Part shown: positions 27,247 to 29,171 of the stretch, piece after piece | How the letters are laid out: every line of letters begins with the position of its first letter | How positions within the stretch are numbered: the first letter of the stretch is position 1 | Source of the DNA: an uncultured Pseudomonadota bacterium | GTDB taxonomy: Bacteria; SAR324; NAC60-12 | Length of the DNA stretch: 29,171 nt | NCBI GenBank assembly: GCA_913020725.1 | Contig: CAJWCD010000029.1 | Coordinates: 1 to 29,171, forward strand | Direction of reading: 5' to 3' | Notes under the pieces: model-generated | What the model saw: only the letters and a program-made list of their open reading frames with translations | Databases searched by the model: none | Told to the model about the DNA's origin: nothing | Program-made: the position numbers and the translations under genes

Positions 27247-27279
27247 CGTTGTCTATTGCGAAGTGTCTATGAAATGGGG

Positions 27280-27561
27280 CTACATCTCCCAAATAATCGG
27301 ACCGCCCTTTCGGTCTGGAGGACTGGTCATGAACTCGGCCATGCCCCCCAGGATCTCCTGCACTGTGCTTGTTGCCGCAACAGCGCCCTCCTCACTGTCG
27401 TAGCGTGCAATGATAATGGACTGACCGACACCTACTTCTATGGTGTGAACGGACTGAATCCCCGGAACGGCTTTTATTTTATCCCTTTGCGAATCAGCAA
27501 AAGCCAGAAACTCAGTTCGACGAGCGGGATCGAAATTAGCGGTTGTGATTCTGAAACTCAT
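27280..27561 (-). CDS. Small hypothetical protein, probable dimeric alpha/beta barrel (ABM-like)
   Basis: 93 aa with a strong AGGAG RBS; IKAVPGIQSV...IIARYDSEEGA pattern; co-oriented 33 bp upstream of the Ldh_2 gene. Confidence 0.7.
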   Translation of the reverse strand: MSFRITTANFDPARRTEFLAFADSQRDKIKAVPGIQSVHTIEVGVGQSIIIARYDSEEGAVAATSTVQEILGGMAEFMTSPPDRKGGPIIWEM

Positions 27562-27716
27562 GACTGTCTCCTATTGAGGGATTATGGAATTGATGAAAGA
27601 TTCTACGGCATCAAAATAAAGGAAAATCACAACAGGTCAAGAGATTTCGTTGCCCCTGCTTCAGACTATGGCAAATCCGTACAGGTGGACTTTCCTGAAA
27701 ACCGGGATTATTGAAA

Positions 27717-27757
27717 AGGTACTGTGAGCGTGACAGAACAAGGGTATTGCGAAGCCC
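27717..27757 (+). other. Putative phage cos-like packaging signal (cosQ-like plus cosN-like)
   Basis: AGGTACT (27717-27723; 5/7 match to lambda cosQ GGGTCCT) followed 18 nt later by the partial dyad GGGTATTGCGAAGCCC (27742-27757), about 110 bp upstream of a Nu1-like gene. Confidence 0.4.
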
Positions 27758-27863
27758 GAACGTCTTCTAGGTGCAGGATTTTTGAATCCCATTTCAGTTG
27801 ACGCCGGGAAACCGTCAGCCTCACGGACAGAGAGGCTGGAGCGCATCACAACCGTTGAGCATT

Positions 27864-28316
27864 ATGCGAAAGACCTGCACCAAGGCCGAATTTTCGCGCT
27901 ACATGGGCGTCAGCAAGTCCTGTGTGTCAAAATGGCTCAAGATGGGGATCATCGCCGCACTGCCGGATGGCCGCTTGAACCTCCACGCATGCGATCGAAG
28001 GGTTGCAGAGTACTGGAACCGACCCCGGCGGTTTCGTGATGACATGGAGCATGATCTGCTGCGCTGGCGCACAGAAAAAATCCGCCAGCAAGCCGAGATG
28101 CTGGTCTTGCGCCGCAGGTGTTTGGAAGGAAAGCTGATCCCACTGACCGACCACCAGCGCGAACTCCGGGAGGTGCGTCAAGATTTTCTGGATGAGCTGC
28201 GGGACAAGATTCGGCTGATCATGGACGAAATTTATGACCGGAACCCTGATGATTTTTTCCCTTCGAGGGTCGAACTAATCTTGTCTCAGGAACTTCGACG
28301 AAGGCTCAGAATTTAG
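27864..28316 (+). CDS. Phage terminase small subunit-like protein (lambda Nu1-type winged HTH plus coiled coil)
   Basis: N-terminal HTH TKAEFSRYMGVSKSCVSKWLKMG...DGRLNL, then RTEKIRQQAEMLVLRRRCLEGKLIP matching the Nu1-type R..L...QA....L......G.LI pattern. Confidence 0.7.
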   Translation: MRKTCTKAEFSRYMGVSKSCVSKWLKMGIIAALPDGRLNLHACDRRVAEYWNRPRRFRDDMEHDLLRWRTEKIRQQAEMLVLRRRCLEGKLIPLTDHQRELREVRQDFLDELRDKIRLIMDEIYDRNPDDFFPSRVELILSQELRRRLRI

Positions 28317-28562
28317 TGAATCCAACACACTGGCAGTTTTTGACATGTCTCTCTGAGGTTGTTTTAGGCATGAGATGAAGAGGAAAGAGATGAGAAAATG
28401 ATCCCCTAACCATCACAATCCAAATTAAGACACAGGTTCCACAGGCAATTCGACCCACCACAGACCAACCTCGGCCCCGCATGGGCCTAATGAGTCTAAA
28501 GAGGATAGTAAGTCTATAGGGGGGTGACCCAAGATGCTATAAACAAGGAACTTTGGCTCCAT

Positions 28563-29171
28563 TTAGAAGACGATTCCTATTCCAAAAAGATAAGCACCAT
28601 TTGTTTCTACTAGGTTATTGGAATTTGTTTCGTCCGGTCTTTCAAATGGAACAGTGGTATAGTCTGCTTCAAGAATTATTTCAATATTTGAAATCCTAAA
28701 TCCTATTTGAAATAAAGGGGAGTTTTCCAATAGTTTATCAGGATTTTTCAGTGTTATTTCTGATCCTGAATCGTCCAAATATGTAATTTCACCAATTGCA
28801 TATAGATTAGCACCAATGGTAAAAAATATTTCATCACCAAAATTGTATAATAAAGACATAACACTCACATTACCTTTTTGGTAGGGTTTATCCGTTAAAC
28901 CATTATCACATTGTGTATAAATTCCACCCTCTTGCTTTAAATAACATCCTTCATTCTTATAGTTTGAAAAACCAATACCAATTGAATTATAAAATAAATT
29001 CAACGAAGTTATTTTATTTGTAACCCTTCCTCCTCTCTCCTTAAGTTTGTTTGTTTCAGACTTCCCAGATAAATACCGAATTCGTATTTTGCCACTCTGT
29101 GACCCTCTTGCTCTTCTTGATTTGCTTCCTCCACTCCTCATCATTTCCTGCTGACGCATTTGTTTTTCAAC
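28563..29171 (-). CDS. AT-rich hypothetical protein, probable outer-membrane beta-barrel; 5' end outside the window
   Basis: Frame is open to the window edge; amphipathic beta-strand pattern (SIGIGFS, FFTIGANL, FQIGFR) and C-terminal AYLFGIGIVF ending in Phe; GC visibly about 30-35%. Confidence 0.65.
   Translation of the reverse strand, partial: VEKQMRQQEMMRSGGSKSRRARGSQSGKIRIRYLSGKSETNKLKERGGRVTNKITSLNLFYNSIGIGFSNYKNEGCYLKQEGGIYTQCDNGLTDKPYQKGNVSVMSLLYNFGDEIFFTIGANLYAIGEITYLDDSGSEITLKNPDKLLENSPLFQIGFRISNIEIILEADYTTVPFERPDETNSNNLVETNGAYLFGIGIVF

Noticed and set aside
26656..27714. 352-aa plus-strand ORF
   Set aside because: Antisense to the Ldh_2 and ABM-like genes, with no recognisable domain.
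28317..28562. tRNA/att site or terminase large subunit after terS
   Set aside because: No cloverleaf or T-loop motif and no sizeable ORF; short repeats (GAGATGA twice, CACAGG twice) are too weak to call iterons.

Overview
Bacterial chromosomal window, roughly 55-60% GC by eye. Gene content and style suggest a deltaproteobacterial-type, possibly SAR324-like marine genome; this is inference only. Positions 1-21.4 kb are mostly housekeeping, envelope and metabolic genes: an edge CoA-transferase that looks decayed, an OmpA-domain coiled-coil protein, an acyl-CoA carboxyltransferase, fmt, a WecA/MraY-family transferase, an SLT transglycosylase, queG, rpsA with a repeat tail, a small ORF, an orphan histidine kinase, ahcY, a flavin reductase, a lipoprotein, 5-formyl-THF cyclo-ligase, a GNAT, a YdcF protein, pyk, pdxH, a thioesterase and DUF445. 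From ~21.5 kb the region is accessory. It holds a coupled catabolic operon (DUF3604/PHP metallohydrolase, family III CoA-transferase, CitE-like lyase) ending in a truncated mandelate-racemase-family gene, then a convergent Ldh_2 dehydrogenase and a small ABM-like gene. After that come a lambda-Nu1-like terminase small subunit, preceded by a cos-like motif but with no large subunit, and a very AT-rich outer-membrane-type ORF running off the right edge. The two strongest unexplained signals are (1) a frame-independent over-representation of the palindrome TCCGGA (HIP1-like) and (2) the stand-alone cos-like site plus terS module at a composition boundary, resembling a phage satellite. No rRNA, tRNA, CRISPR array, integrase or transposase was seen.
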